DNA of 63,876 bases, the filler included, from Neoconidiobolus thromboides FSU 785 (Eukaryota > Fungi > Entomophthoromycota), in assembly GCA_025603075.1 (NCBI GenBank). It is 5 parts of 5 records of this genome, joined end to end, with 100 filler letters (N's around TTAATTAATTAA, not from the genome) between each part and the next. Parts side by side here need not be neighbours in the genome. Positions count along the whole stretch, not along the records: positions 15,143 to 39,377 come from MU626521.1; 4 more parts are not named here. One strand, given 5' to 3'. Under the pieces are notes generated by a model, which was given only the letters and a program-made list of their open reading frames with translations, made no database searches and was not told the origin of the DNA. The number at the start of each line of letters is the position of its first letter. The first letter of the stretch is position 1. This document shows, piece by piece, positions 25,403-39,477 of the stretch. The position numbers and the translations under genes were made by a program.

Positions 25403-26293
25403 GATGATTAAAGGTCTAGAATCAATGGTTTCATTTATCAAAAGTCATGATACTTTGTTTGTTTTTTAGGTTGATTGAGATGAGAAAAGTTAAGTTATTT
25501 TTTCGATGAAGTTATTGCTGTTTTTTATAGCATGTAACGATACACACGGTACTTTTGAGTTTTATTGCTTCTTATTCAATAGTATCTGGATTTGGCTATA
25601 TTAAGTTTTAGTTGTTTTACTGTTCACTCTTTTCTATGACAAAGAGTACAAAATAGTTTTAATTAATAAATAGTAGTTTATTTATTTTGCATTAAAAATT
25701 AACATTTATTAAAAATAAAGTTTATAAAATGTTTTTTATATTAAAAACTTGAGAATTATAATGGCTTTGTAGTGTGTGAAAGGTGATCAATTTAATGAAA
25801 CAAAAAAAATGTTCTTTTAAAACAGCTTTCAGTTAGATGTCTTTAATATTTTTTAGTTTGAAGTCAAAGTATTTTAATACAAAATTAGAGGTCCCAAAGA
25901 GAATATAGGACTTAAATTCATATTAATATAATTTGACTCCAAACTGAAATGTATGAAAAACATCTAACTGCAAGCTGGTTTAATCGTATTTTTTTGATGA
26001 AATTTGTTCAATTATTTTAAACCCCCAGTTTTTAATATCATAAGCTTAATAATTGAAATTACGGTAACAAATGAAAGTAATAAAAGCATGATATTAATCC
26101 AAGGTTATGAAAAAATTATTTATAACAAGCATAAATTTAATATATCAACTACCAATAGTTTTCCAGCTTCTAAAGATTAAATAAATAATCAATTAATTTA
26201 AACGTTAATAAAAGAGGAGAAAGGGAAAGTGTTGACAAAAGTAAGGCTTGATATTTTAATTTTTTAATTTTTATTATAATGAATTTAAAAAGA

Positions 26294-27968
26294 ATGGTAA
26301 CTTCTTATTTCAATGGTGGTGAGCAATTATTTCCATCAACGTTACCAACTTATGAAGCAGTGGCTGCAGAAGATAGAGAAGTTGAAGTTGACTCACAGTT
26401 GCATGAAGAGAAAAAGGTAAAATTAAACTACCTTACCTAATTATTTTCCAAGCACTAACCTCTTCACTATCTAGCTTGAAAATATCAGAGATTTCTTTTA
26501 TTATTTTCAGACGCTATTATGTATCGGGATGTTATTTTTAATCTTTTTTTCATTTAAAACGTTATATGTTACTTTTACTGGTAGCTTACCAAATTTACAA
26601 GAGATGCGGTTGATGAATAAATACCATTTAAATAATGGTACCAATTCTTACGCACCAACAGTGATATTGATTTCTTTAGATGGTTTCAGAGCGGATTATT
26701 TAAACCGAAACATAACACCTAATTTAAATCGTCTCGGTAATATACAATATAAAACAACTTAAACTACAGTTACTGATAATTTCTAGTTGAATCTGGCACC
26801 TCCCCAAAATATATGATACCAAGTTTTCCTTCGGTTACATTTCCCAATCATTACTCAATAGTAACTGGATTATTACCAGACTCTCATGGTATTGTTGGAA
26901 ATACCTTTTATGATCCCAAATTAAATCAAACATTTGACTATAGATCTTTGAAATCTAATTTAGAACCTCAATGGTGGGGTGGGGAACCAGTAATAATAAT
27001 TCTATTCATAATATCTTTACTTTTTTAACAAATTATAAATTAGATCTGGATAACAGCTGAAGCTCAAAATATCCGTTCAGCAGTACATATGTGGCCTGGA
27101 AGTGATGTCAGCCATGGAGATATCAAATCAACCTACCATGAACCATTTAATAAACAATTTAAATTGAATGATAAAGTGAATCAAATATTAGAATGGTTAG
27201 ATTTACCTTCCAATTTAAGACCAAGTATGTTGGCTGCCTATATCTTTGATGTCGATACTAATGGTCATGATTTTGGTCCAAATTCAAAAGAAACCAATGA
27301 AGCTATTAAAAGAGTAGACGATACTATCGGACAATTAATTCGAGGTTTAGAAATGAGAAATCTAACCGAAATTGTTAATTTAGTTATTTTAAGTGATCAT
27401 GGGATGGCTGAAGTTGCAGTAGATAATATAATTTATTTAGATGATTATATTGATATGCATAAAATATTAGCAAATCATATATTCCCTTTGGCGGGACTTG
27501 TACCAAAGGAAGAAAAAGATATTGATAGTATTTATAATCAGCTTAAATTAGCAACTAAAAATTCAACTAATTGGGATGTTTATAAAAGAGAAGATATTCC
27601 AAGTAGATTTAAGTATGGTAAAAATGAAAGGGTACCTCCTATTGTTTGCATTCCAAAGAAGGTACGTTTAAAATATAATACTACAACAATATAATAATAA
27701 TCAATTTTTATTTATTTATTTAATCTAGGGCTGGATCTTCGGAACTCAAAAAGTATATCCCCATTTGGAAGAATTAGAACATGTATATGGTATTCATGGC
27801 TATGATAATTTAGATGAAGATATGAGAGCTTTATTTATTGGACATGGGCCTTATTTTAAAAAGAGTGTGACTATTCCACCATTTCAAAATATTGAAGTTT
27901 ATAATCTGTTGACCAATATCCTTGGGATTAAACCTTCGGTCAATAACGGTACTCTCTATCTTAAGTAA
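26294..27968 (+). CDS. NPP1: Ecto-nucleotide pyrophosphatase/phosphodiesterase, type II membrane
   Basis: TM segment then ISLDGFRADYL, FPSVTFPNHYSIVTG (catalytic Thr), QWWGGEP, DTNGH, SDHGM, HGYDN. Confidence 0.93.
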
Positions 27969-28286
27969 TAAGTGAAGCTTTAATTAGCAATTAAGACACT
28001 CAGTTTTGTCAACATTTTGTAGCAGTAGTTTTATAGCATTAAATTTTATTATTATAATATCCTATAATTTGTATTTTTTATTATAATTTAATATGATAGT
28101 TTTAAATACTTGTATTGCATGGGCATATCTAGACAGTGTGCCCTAAATTATCCAATAAAAACGCTTAAAAACAGGAAATCATTATCGCAATTGGCGTCAT
28201 TTTTTAAACTATCTTGATTATTATTTTGTAGTTTGTAAAATCTATTTTTCACTTAGTTGAAATAAAAAAAATAAGAAAAAAAATTA

Positions 28287-28390
28287 TATGAGGATGTATT
28301 TTTGTGTTTAAGAATTTTACTAACAAAATTTCCGCTTAATAGCATTCAAAAAATAGAAAAAATAATGAAATTAAAAAAAACACTCTCATA
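28287..28390 (+). mobile_element. MITE family A copy
   Basis: TATGAGGATGTATTTTTGTG...AAAAAACACTCTCATA. Confidence 0.88.
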
Positions 28391-28407
28391 CATTGATTAG
28401 TTTTATA

Positions 28408-28500
28408 AATGGTAGTTTTTCTGATTTCATTCCGTTGTCCATTTTTTAAGCCCCATTTGAGTAAAAAGGCCACTAGCAAAATTAAACAAAAATATCTTCA
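28408..28500 (-). mobile_element. MITE family A, degenerate copy inverted relative to previous
   Basis: TTTTTCTGATTTCATT...CCATTTTTTAAG...TTTGAGTAAAAAG...AAACAAAAATATCTTCA. Confidence 0.65.
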
Positions 28501-28673
28501 AATTGTTTTTAAAGCATTTAAAAAACTACTTGAATAAAAAATCGTAATTTTGAATTTAGTTAAATTTGCAATTTTAATCAAAGCTTGGAAAAGCTAAATC
28601 AACCACCAATCACATCGACTTATTTAGGCATACTATTTATAAGTTTCCTAAAAATAAAATCTAAAAATAAAGA

Positions 28674-28766
28674 TATGAGAGTATTTTTTGTTTAGGAATT
28701 TAATTAGAAATTGACCATATTTTTATTACAGAAATATTGAAAAAAATGGAAATAAAAAAACATTAT
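28674..28766 (+). mobile_element. MITE family A, very degenerate copy
   Basis: TATGAGAGTATTTTTTGTTTAGGAATTT...AAAAAAATGGAAATAAAAAAACA. Confidence 0.45.
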
Positions 28767-28828
28767 TAGATAAATTATAAGCCACTTTTTTTCTCATTCA
28801 CCTAATATTAAAATAAGCAATAGAAGGA

Positions 28829-29867
28829 ATGCAAAACTTTAACGTTCAAGTAGGCGGTCATCAAAACATATTGCAAGATGAAGATAAAGCTATAATATTC
28901 AAACCTGCCTTACCAACAGAAAAAGATTTTTATGAGCAAAGTTTGAATTTTCCAACTATTTTACCCTATTTACCTAATTTTATGGGTATTTTACACCCAC
29001 GACCAAATGTGAATCTAGAAGATATAGAAAAGCAAGAGGTTAACTTGAAGGAATTGAAGCATACTAAGTCCAAAGGTGACGATGGAAATATCCTTTTTTT
29101 TTAAATTTATACTATTAATTTAACAATTAATACTAATACTCCTTAACTTTCCCTTTACCTTTTATTTGTTTAGAAAATTTATTATCCGGTTACAAACAAC
29201 CAAATGTATTAGATTTGAAAATAGGTACGATATTAGCCGATCATTTAGCTACTGAAGAAAAGAAAGAGAGGATGAGAAAGAGAGCACAAGAGACTACTTC
29301 TTTTGAAATGGGGATAAGGGTCACTGGCATGAAGGTAAAATTTTTGTTCTAATTAAAACTATTATATGATAATAATAATGATCAATACTTCTAAAGGTAT
29401 ACAATAACGCCACTAAGGAATACAGGGACTATGATCGAGAATACGGTGTCAACTTAACTAAAGACACGATGATCAATGCTTTTAAAGAGTTCTTTCCTAA
29501 AGAAATAGATACTGAGTTACGGAATTGCATAATCCAAGGTTTCATAAGCGAAATCACCGACTTAACCGGTATTTTAAAAACTCTACCTATCTCGATGGCA
29601 GCTTCTTCTTTATTGTTTGTTTATGAAGGAGATAATAAAGAGCTGAGAAAAAAGATAGAGGAATATCAGTTGGATTATAACAGTGAGGATGAAGATAACG
29701 AGGAAGAAGAGGAAGAGCAAGAACAGATACCACCTTTTAGACTAAGATTAATTGACTTTGCTCACTCTTTTTGGTTACCACCAAAACATGAATTAGATAA
29801 AGGTTGCTTTTTGGGATTGAAGAATACAGTAGATTTTTTGGGAAAATTAGTAGAAGAAAGTAACTAA
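28829..29867 (+). CDS. ARG82: Inositol polyphosphate multikinase (IPK family)
   Basis: QVGGH, LENLLSGYKQPNVLDLKIGT (PxxxDxKxG), SSLLFVYEG, LIDFAH; two introns. Confidence 0.88.
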
Positions 29868-30072
29868 AAGTTAGGTACTTTTAAGACAAAGATAAATATA
29901 TGTTAAAAATATACATCCATGCTATTTAGAACTATAGTAGTAGTTATTAATGATCAAATTTTATACGATATATTTTTAATAAAAATTTATTTATCTTTAT
30001 TATAACATAAGGACATTTTTTAATAATACATTTAATATTTCTACTAATTAAAGTCCAGTTTAGATCTTTAGC

Positions 30073-32375
30073 TTAATGAATGGAACGTGTACGCTTCACT
30101 TCACTTCTTTGAGGTAAAATAGAATCAACATGAGGTGCCCTATGAGGCTCTTTATTTTTCAAGGCTTTATAAGCTAAAAAAGTCCATTATTAATAACACA
30201 CTCCCTTTAAAAGTAATAATGAAAACTTACCTGACTCAACAATCAATTCCACTTCACAGCGATTACGTATCAATTCCATCATTGGGAATGTAGATTGCAT
30301 ACCTTTCAATGCCCAATAATGCACTAATTCAGGGGTCGGATTAGAAAAAAGATTGTTGTAATCCGTTAAACTCACAGAAGGGAAAATGGTCACATCTCCT
30401 GAGAAAGTTTGATCGACTACGCCACGTAGTAACCGGGGTAGAAGGCCAAAATGATCTAACTGAAATCAAAGATAAAGAGTTAAAATTTACCAACAATTCA
30501 ATTAGTTTATGATTACCTGTTGAGCACGATGTAACAATTCTGATACGATAACATTACGTATCCTTGAAGTAAAAGAATCATCTTGTAGCTGAAATCCCTT
30601 TGTTATAAAGGGAGCTATGTACGGACTGGCTTGAGATACTATAAAATGGTTGACATTGAATAACTCAGATAACCTTGAGATGGGAGTTTCTCTATTTATA
30701 TTAAGTAAGTTTAAATTATAATAAAAAGGAAGAGACTATTACAATTCGGATGTTAATGAATTGGTTCTTTTTATAGCTAATTAATAGTTTAGTATGAGAT
30801 TTGAATAGATCATCATGTAAAATAAATTTACTTGATGAACTTAATGGCACAATTTCTCCATATTCATTTTTAATTAGTAAATCTACGGTATCATATAATC
30901 CTGAGATGGCTGCTGATTTTATGGCTGCACTGCGGATTAACTAGAATAATTATTAAAAATAAAATAATCAATTAAGATAACAGAACTAATCTTACAACAT
31001 TGGGAGCGGTTAAATAATTTAAAAGTTGAGGTACTTCATTTTTTCTTAACGGGGAAACGGAAATATTTAATATTCTACCAGTTTTAAAAAATGCTTCCTA
31101 ACAAAAATAAATCAACTTGGATTGACTAACAATTTCATCAGCCATTCATTGACTTACTTCAAATGTGATATCTCCAGTATTACTATAAACACAACGTTCT
31201 AATATTCTAATGTCAAGTAAATGACCTTCAAATTATTAATATCAATATCCTATCATTATAGAACAATACCACTTACCAGTCTTAAACAATCTTAACACTT
31301 TACGCCAAGTTGTACCAATTGGTTTGTTTTGTGCAAAGGCTTTTAAATTAATACCATCTGGTGTTAAAAATAACTAAATAACAGTAAATAAATTAATTAT
31401 ATACTTCTGAATTTACACCTACTGGTAACTCTTCATCCGTATGAATACAAACTAAAGCTGCAATTAAAGCCCCAATTTGAGTACCACAAATAATTTTTGG
31501 TAATAAACTTTGTTCGAATAAAGCCTTTATAACGCCTACATGAGCAATAGCAAACGTAGCTCCACCATGTAGGATTAAAGCTGTGTTACCAAAGGCCATC
31601 CTAAAATCATGGAGAAAATCCATTTTTACTTGGGGTGACAATTCTTCTGGTGTAGCTTGTGAGATACGTACTATTTGGGAGGATACTTCTTGGATATATT
31701 CTGAGATTAAATTCTTGGTACTAAACAAAATGAATTATTATTAGAATGATGTAACATTATAAAATACCCAGAATAACAATAAGAATATAATTTTGGATCA
31801 TTCATACCACCTAAATTTCTTAATACACCTAATAAAATTTAGTTAATGATGTAAGAATAAATCTATCATTTAAATAATATTTTTACCTGATCTTAAAAAA
31901 TCCATCATTTCTAATAAATCATTTTTTTTATGAATTTGATTGATATATTTTAATCTTCTATAAATCAGTTGATGATCATAATATCGATTAATTGGATTGC
32001 TTTTCCATACTTCATTGTCTATTGCTGGATTTAATAATACATTATTTGTTAATCAATGTTTAGTTACCTAAAAGTCTAGGAAAGTTATAATAAATTTTTA
32101 CTTAAATAGCTATTTTAGATTTACCTATCCAAATGTATAGCTATCTCTGAGTATTCCTCATAAGTTTCAGCATTACTTAATCGAGTTAACAAGATCTCTT
32201 TAGAAGTTGGTTTTATTATAGAGGAGATGAATTTCTAAATTAAATGCATAAAATAATTAACTATTAATGTACATTCTCAACTCCGATTACTTACATTCCA
32301 CCAATAATGTAATACTTCAACCCATAAAAAGAAGCAAGCTGTAACTATATCAATTAACTTACTAAAGAATCCCAT
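30073..32375 (-). CDS. TGL3: Patatin-like TGL3-type lipid-droplet protein lacking the canonical catalytic dyad
   Basis: FGNTALILHGGA, GTQIG in place of GxSxG, RTNISVITN, LNYLTAPN, RLSELFNVNHFIVSQ, QTFSGDVTIFP; many introns including an 8-nt micro-exon. Confidence 0.88.
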
Positions 32376-33058
32376 TTAATGAAATTGAGCAATATATTTC
32401 TAGATAATATTAGTTTTTGATTTTTTTAGTTGCTTTAATTTATGACGTTTGTTTTTCAAATGATTTAGACGTTTAACCAAATTGGTCATATTTAAGAAAG
32501 TTATTAGTGCGTTTATGAGTACTTGCTTTGTAATATTTATGTATAGGTTTTATTAAAATTACTAAAATTATGTTTTAATTTTGTATATAATTCATTATAA
32601 TTATACATGTCCTATTAACTTAACTTATATTAAAGTATTTTATTTATTCTAAAAGTTTATTTAGATAAATTATTTAGGAATAGTTTTATAATCATGTTCA
32701 ATTCAAAAGCATAAATTTTGATTAAAACATAAAAATATAATATAATTAAACACAACATCTATTTATATTTTATCAAACTAATTTTAACTAAATTAAAATT
32801 AATAGTCATACAAACTTATTTTTAAAATTAAAATACTCATAAATAAATCATTAAGCATATCTCATCACATTGAAAACTCACTTTTGATTAGCCAAAAATA
32901 CAAGAAACCTTAATCCAACTTGGGAAAATGAGGTAAAAAAATCTAAAATTTAAAAATTTAAAAAATCCAAAATAATTTGACCGCCAAAACTATCAATTTA
33001 TACTTGATTGTGGCACATTCATTTTTTAATTCATTGAATTTCAACTTTAGCTTAAGTA

Positions 33059-36000
33059 ATGGATCAACATAATTTAGATACATTAAAAAGAAGAAAAGAG
33101 TATCCTATAGTACCACCAAAACCAATGCCACCGGTACCAATGCGACCATCCCATAGCAATGGAAACGCAACTTATCAGGCACCTAGTTATCAAGCACCAG
33201 TATTACCTTCACGTTCTTCAGAGTCTAGAGACTCCTATAGCACACACTCAAGGAACAGCAATGGTAGTGGAAGCTATAAAGTACCAAGTTTACCCCCACG
33301 GTCACCAGAAAGGCGAGATAATTCATATAATACCCATTCAAGAAATAACAGTGGTGCTAACAATAAAATAGCTAATCATCAGTTTAATTTGGATTCTAGT
33401 TATACTACTAATCAACAAAATACAATGATACGTCATAGTATTAATTTTATTGCACCACCTAATTTTTCTCAACAACAAGGTAGTAGTATTCAACAAGAAA
33501 TCAATAATCATCCACGTCAAAGTTATAAGTTCCCAGATCCAGCGGATTATCTTACTTCTAAAATAAGTCCAGATACAGGAGAGTTTAGTCATAGTGATGG
33601 AAATGAAGATTATGTAGATTCTATACCAGCTTTAACTTGGGCTAACCATGATAGTTTTAATAGAGATAAGATAGAAAATCAAGATTATTTTAATCATAAT
33701 GAAAATTTACCAGCTATTATTTATGATCATGAGCCAAATAATCCATTATCCCCTGGCGCTCAAAGAAGGAATTCATTAAGTTGTTTAACTACTTTAGGGC
33801 TAGATAGTAATTTGGTTTCTCAAGAACAAATTTTACATCCCGGTTTATTAAGTGAAATTGTGGAAAGTTTCAAGAGAACATCTCAGGAGATAATGACTGG
33901 GTCCCAGATACTGGTAAGATCATTTTTCATTTGTTTAATACTTATTTATATTCAATAAAAATATCTAGGATTTAATAGAAAAAGCAGCGAATTTACCCAG
34001 GGGAAATAGAAGTTATTCTATTCTCATTTGCCAGGCTTTAGAACCCTATAATATATTCACACATACTGTGGACGAAGATTTGCCCCTACTAGATGGCTAT
34101 GAAGAGATTTATGTTGTAGACATTGGTCGATTACAAAAGCCTACATTTTCACCAAAATCAGTATTAACATATTTGACTAAATGCTATTATCCTACTTGTT
34201 CTATTATAGAGCCCTGTAATCAATATGGGTGTCCAACTAGAGTATTAATATTTTATTGAGTATTTTTAATATTTTAACATTTTATAGAAATTATACTTAA
34301 CTGGGGATGTTGGTGTATATAAAGTAGTCAATAGACTATGTGGCAATAAATCGGATTCAATTCAATCAATAGCTCATAGAAAAAGTAAAAGTCATGTGGA
34401 TATTTCTAGTATTGCAGATACAGATACATTGGTACCTTCTATATTTACAATTGATTCTTCGTTACATATAGCTGAAGTAAGTTGTATTTTAGTTAAGCAA
34501 AATTTAAAAAGTTTAACCTATTGAATAAAGGAAGCAGAATTATGGATTCAAGCAGTACCTAAAGAAATAGTAGAAAGTGTCAATGTAGATGAAAAGAAGA
34601 GACAAGAATTGATTTTTGAAACAATTAAAACAGAAAGAGATTTTGTTAAAGATATGGAATTGATTGACGTAATTTTTGTAAGAGCATTAAAAAAAGGAAA
34701 TGTATATGAAAAAAGTCGAGTAGAAGCAGTATTATCTACTTTATTTTATAATTATAAAGATATTACCTTAATCAATCAAATTTTATTCCAAAAATTAAAA
34801 AAGAGACAAATGGAAGATTATATAGTTTACCAAATTGGGGATATATTTTTAGAATGGGCTAAAAATTTAGAATGTTATGCTCATTATGGGGGTCATTTGG
34901 CTTATACTCAAGATTTTATTAAAAATGAAATTGAATACAATCCCAAATTTGCTCAATTTTTAAAAGAATGTGAAAAACATCCAGAATCTAGAAGATTATC
35001 TATTCAATCTTTTGTAGGTAGAGCTACCACCCGTTTAGGTAGATATCCTTTACTTTTGGAAAGTATATTAAAAAAATCAAGCGAAAATTCACCAGATAAA
35101 ATCCTTATTCCTCAAGCTTTGGATTTAATTCGTGATACCCTTAACTTAGTCAATAAATTGGCTGGTGAAGCAGATGAAAAATTAAAAATTAATTATATTA
35201 ATTCACATTTATATTTTAAACCAGAGGATGAATATATAGTAAGAATTTTTATTTTTATTTTTGTTTTTGTTAATATTTTATTAATTTGTAAATTTAAAGG
35301 AACCCAATTTAGATCAACCTGGTAGAAAATTAATTAAAGAAGGACCAATGAAAAGGGTATCACCTGCAGGAAATCAAAATATTAAACTGTTTTTATTTGA
35401 TAATGTTTTAATATTAGCAAAAGAAAAGAAAAAAGTAGTTACTGAATATAGAGCCATATGCCCAGTATTTTAATTACAAAACTTTTAAATAATTTAAACT
35501 AATTTAACTATTTGTTCTAATTAGGCCATCCCATTGCATGCTATGCATATCAACGAAGATGCAAATGTCAAATCCTATTATCAAAAGTTAGCAGAAACAA
35601 CCAAAACAGCAAGACCATCTACAGAAAATACATTAGTAGCTTTACCACCAGATAATGATTTTGTATTCTCAATCACTTATTTTGGTAAAAAACCAGGAGT
35701 TCAATACATTACAGCTGCCAATGCTAAAGAAAAATCAACTTGGGTACAATTGATTCAAGACGCTATTCAAGCTTCACCTTATGTAGTGAACAAAATTGTA
35801 CAAACCTGTAATGTATTTCAATCAGCTATGAACCAAGCTCATATCATTTGTACTTGTGATTATAAAAGTAAATTAAACTGATGAATATTTATTAACTAAA
35901 TTTAATATATTTATTTAATTAGCTAAAATTGATCAAGTATTTGTATTTGGGTGTGATGATGGTGTTCATATACTTTCACAAGCAGGAGCTTTAAGACGTG

Positions 36001-37239
36001 TTATTCGATCTACTCATAAAGTGATACAAATAGAAATTGTAGAAGAATATCATGTGGTGTTAGTATTAACTAGTAATTATTTATTATTTTAAGTTTTATT
36101 ATGCTAACTAATTAATTTTTTATTAGCTGATAAATTATTAATGGCCTATCATTTAGAAGTACTAAATGATAGTAGTGGAAAAATATCTACTTTATCTACT
36201 AAATTAAGTGAGAATGTAGCTTATTTTCGAATTGGACAAAACGGGAACCAAAAATTATTAATATCAGTGAAGCATAATTCCTTAAAATCTTATTTTAAAA
36301 CCATGGAATTTGTTAATATGAATAATGAAACGAAATTATCTCAAAAAAACAAATTATTATGGCATTCAAAATATAAAACAGGATTAAGATTTTTAAAGGT
36401 AAGCAAGGATTATAGAAATTAAAGCTTAATAATTTTTGATATTAATTAGTTTTTTCCTATAGAAATTTTATGTAGCTACTATTGCCAATAATGTTAGCTT
36501 TTTAAAAACTAGACTAGCTATTGCTTGCGGGCCAGGTTTTGAAATTGTTTCTTTAGATGCTTTAGATAGAAATTATAGTAAATATTTATAAAGATTACTG
36601 ATAAATATATTTAATAATATTTAATATTGATATTAATTTTGATTAGGTGTACCTGAACTTACCGACCCAATTATAGCAAGTGATTCAAATTTATTTTCAA
36701 GATTTGTAAATGCAACACCACTTTCTATGTTAAGAGCTAATCCTGGGGAATTTTTACTTTGTTATAAAGGTAATATTATATTATATCATTTATTACTATT
36801 ATAATATTTCTATTTAATTTTTTATATTAGGTTTTGGATTATATATTTCAAACAATGGTAAAACTTCACGTGGCAAACAATCTGTTGTTGAATGGCTAGC
36901 TTCACCAACTAATTTTAGTAAGTTTATTACTTTATTATTATATTATATTAATAATATTATCAATTTATTTATTTAATTTTAGAATTAATTTATCCCAATT
37001 TAATATGCTTTGATACAAATTTAATTGAAATAAGAAGGATAGACACTGGAGAATTATTACAAGTTATCTTGTGTAATAATTTAATCTTATCTAATCCAAC
37101 TGATCTTAATCAAGTTGAAACTCAATGTATCACTGATACTAAAAATCAATCAGGCCAAAGATTATTTCGTATTTTAGCACAACCACAAACAATTCCACCT
37201 TCTCCTGCTGGTGTTATGGATTCTTATGATTCTAAATAA
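33059..37239 (+). CDS. ROM2: Rho1 guanine nucleotide exchange factor (DEP-DH-PH-CNH)
   Basis: Low-complexity N-terminus, CYYPTCS...CP, RQELIFETIKTERDFVKD, RATTRLGRYPLLL, LFLFDN, then a CNH domain (VFGCDDGV, CFDTNLIEIR); TAA 37237-37239. Confidence 0.92.
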
Positions 37240-37361
37240 TTACAACTATATCACATCAAAGTTAATATTAGAAAATAATCAATATTTCATATTTAATAAA
37301 TTAATATTCAATTAAAATAATAACAATAATATAAAAATAAACTTTTATTTTATATAATGAA

Positions 37362-38816
37362 CTATTTATTATTTGCAATAGTAAATAATAATTCTAAAAG
37401 ATTAAGATAATCGTCTCCACCTAAAGCACAAGCTACATCCACTTTACCTAAACAAATACCAATATTTGCTTTTTGTAGTGTAGTTAAGTGGACACTTTTT
37501 AATATAAATTTACGAATCTAGAAATAATAAATATAATTAATAATTAATAATTAATAATTAAAACTTACTTGTTGTAAAATACTATCTAATGGATATCCAT
37601 CAGCAATAATTGTTTTACAAGCTTCAATCATGTCACCACTACCTTTAGTCATAGTTGTATTTAATAGAGTCTCGATTACATTATCCGGTATTACCTTAAT
37701 AAATTTTTTATTAATAATTTGATTTGATTTAATAATTAATACTCTAAATTAACTTACTCCAGCAATTTCATCTACTTGTTTACAAGTTAATTTTTCTTCA
37801 TAATATTTTTGAGAAGATTGTAATAACATAATAGCTCTTCTCAAATCCCCATTACATGTCGTTATTAATTTTTCAAGTGCCTAAATAAATATATTACTTA
37901 ACTAAATAACCTTTACAATTTTAATTGTTAACTACTTCATTATCATAATTCAACCCTTCACTTTCACAAATAAATTGCAATCTTTTTAATCCCAATTCTT
38001 GTGGTATTGGTTTAAATCGAAATTTAGCGCATCGAGAAGCTAATGGCTCAATAATACTAAAATATTAATTATAAAATTATTAGTCCTTTTAATAATTAAG
38101 TTGAATTGAATTGAATTACCGAGAAACGTAATTACAAATCAAACAAAATCTAGTAACTTTAGAATGCTCTTCCATAATACGTCTTAATGCAGCTTGTGCA
38201 TCACTGGTTAATGAATCAGCTTCATCTAATATAATAATTTTATAACTGATTGAATGGCCATTAGCACTTTCATAAAAAAAATTAATGGATTTAAAAGAAT
38301 GCTAATTAGGAATGTTAATCTAATTACTTAACCCCAGTACTCACACTTCTTTTTGCAAAATTTTTAACTTTTTCTCTTACTACAGCAATTCCTCTTTCAT
38401 CAGAAGCATTCAGTTCTAAGACCTTTTCTTTAAGTTCTTTTTCTCTGTAATTTGAAATTTAAAAATGATGAATAATTATTAATCATGAACTCTCACTTAC
38501 CCATACAACTCTCTAGCTAAAGCTAAAATACTACTTGTTTTTCCAGTACCTGGTGGACCATAAAACAATAAATGAGGTAGCTAAATAGAGATAAGGGAAT
38601 TGAAATCAACATTTAAAAAATAAAAATAAAAATAAAAATCAATCTACATTCTTGGAAGTGATACTTTTACGTAAAACTTGAACAATTTCTTCTTGAGCAC
38701 TGATTTCACTCATATCCTTTGGACGACTATTAACTTGATTAATTTTATCTTATTTCAACTCAATATCCCTTTAATTACTATTTTTCAATCCATGGTAAAT
38801 TTGTTTTCGTGGCCAT
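37362..38816 (-). CDS. RFC2: Replication factor C subunit (yeast RFC2 / human RFC4)
   Basis: [59 protein letters not shown]. Confidence 0.95.
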
Positions 38817-38980
38817 TATAAAATTAAAAAAGTAAGCATCCAAATTTTGTAAGTTTTCGATTTCATTCATAATTTCTCTAGTTTCCAGGTTTAGTAAATT
38901 GATGAATAGTATTAAAAGTAAAAGTAAAATAAAATAATGAAAGTAAAAAATAAGAGTAATTTATTTAATTACTTAATATA

Positions 38981-39377
38981 ATAATATACTCATCTAAATA
39001 CTTAATTATGCAATTATCTAAATTTAAAATTTAAAATAATGTTTTTATAATAAATTAATATAAGCTCAATAGAAATAGTTAAATTATATCCATAGATATT
39101 ATGAATCAATACATCATTTAAATCAGATTGTTCTTTTAACTTTTATTTGTATTAAAATGGACTGTATTATCTACAAATCTACAATATTTCAACTCAAAGT
39201 ATGCAAATTCTTACATGACGTATATAAAAAATATAAAATTCAACTTTTAATTTGAGATTCTTGATTTTTAATGTAACTAAATTATTATACTTTGGATATG
39301 TTTCTTTAATTAAAAATAGTCAATAATTATACACATTTAAACATAAGTAATAGTTAATATGATGAATATTATATGTA
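38981..39377 (-). repeat. Right arm of the long inverted repeat bounding contig 2
   Basis: Reverse complement of 15143-15540. Confidence 0.95.
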
Positions 39378-39477
39378 NNNNNNNNNNNNNNNNNNNNNNN
39401 NNNNNNNNNNNNNNNNNNNNNTTAATTAATTAANNNNNNNNNNNNNNNNNNNNNNNNNNNNNNNNNNNNNNNNNNNN
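39378..39477. other. Artificial contig spacer
   Basis: 44 N + TTAATTAATTAA + 44 N. Confidence 0.97.
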
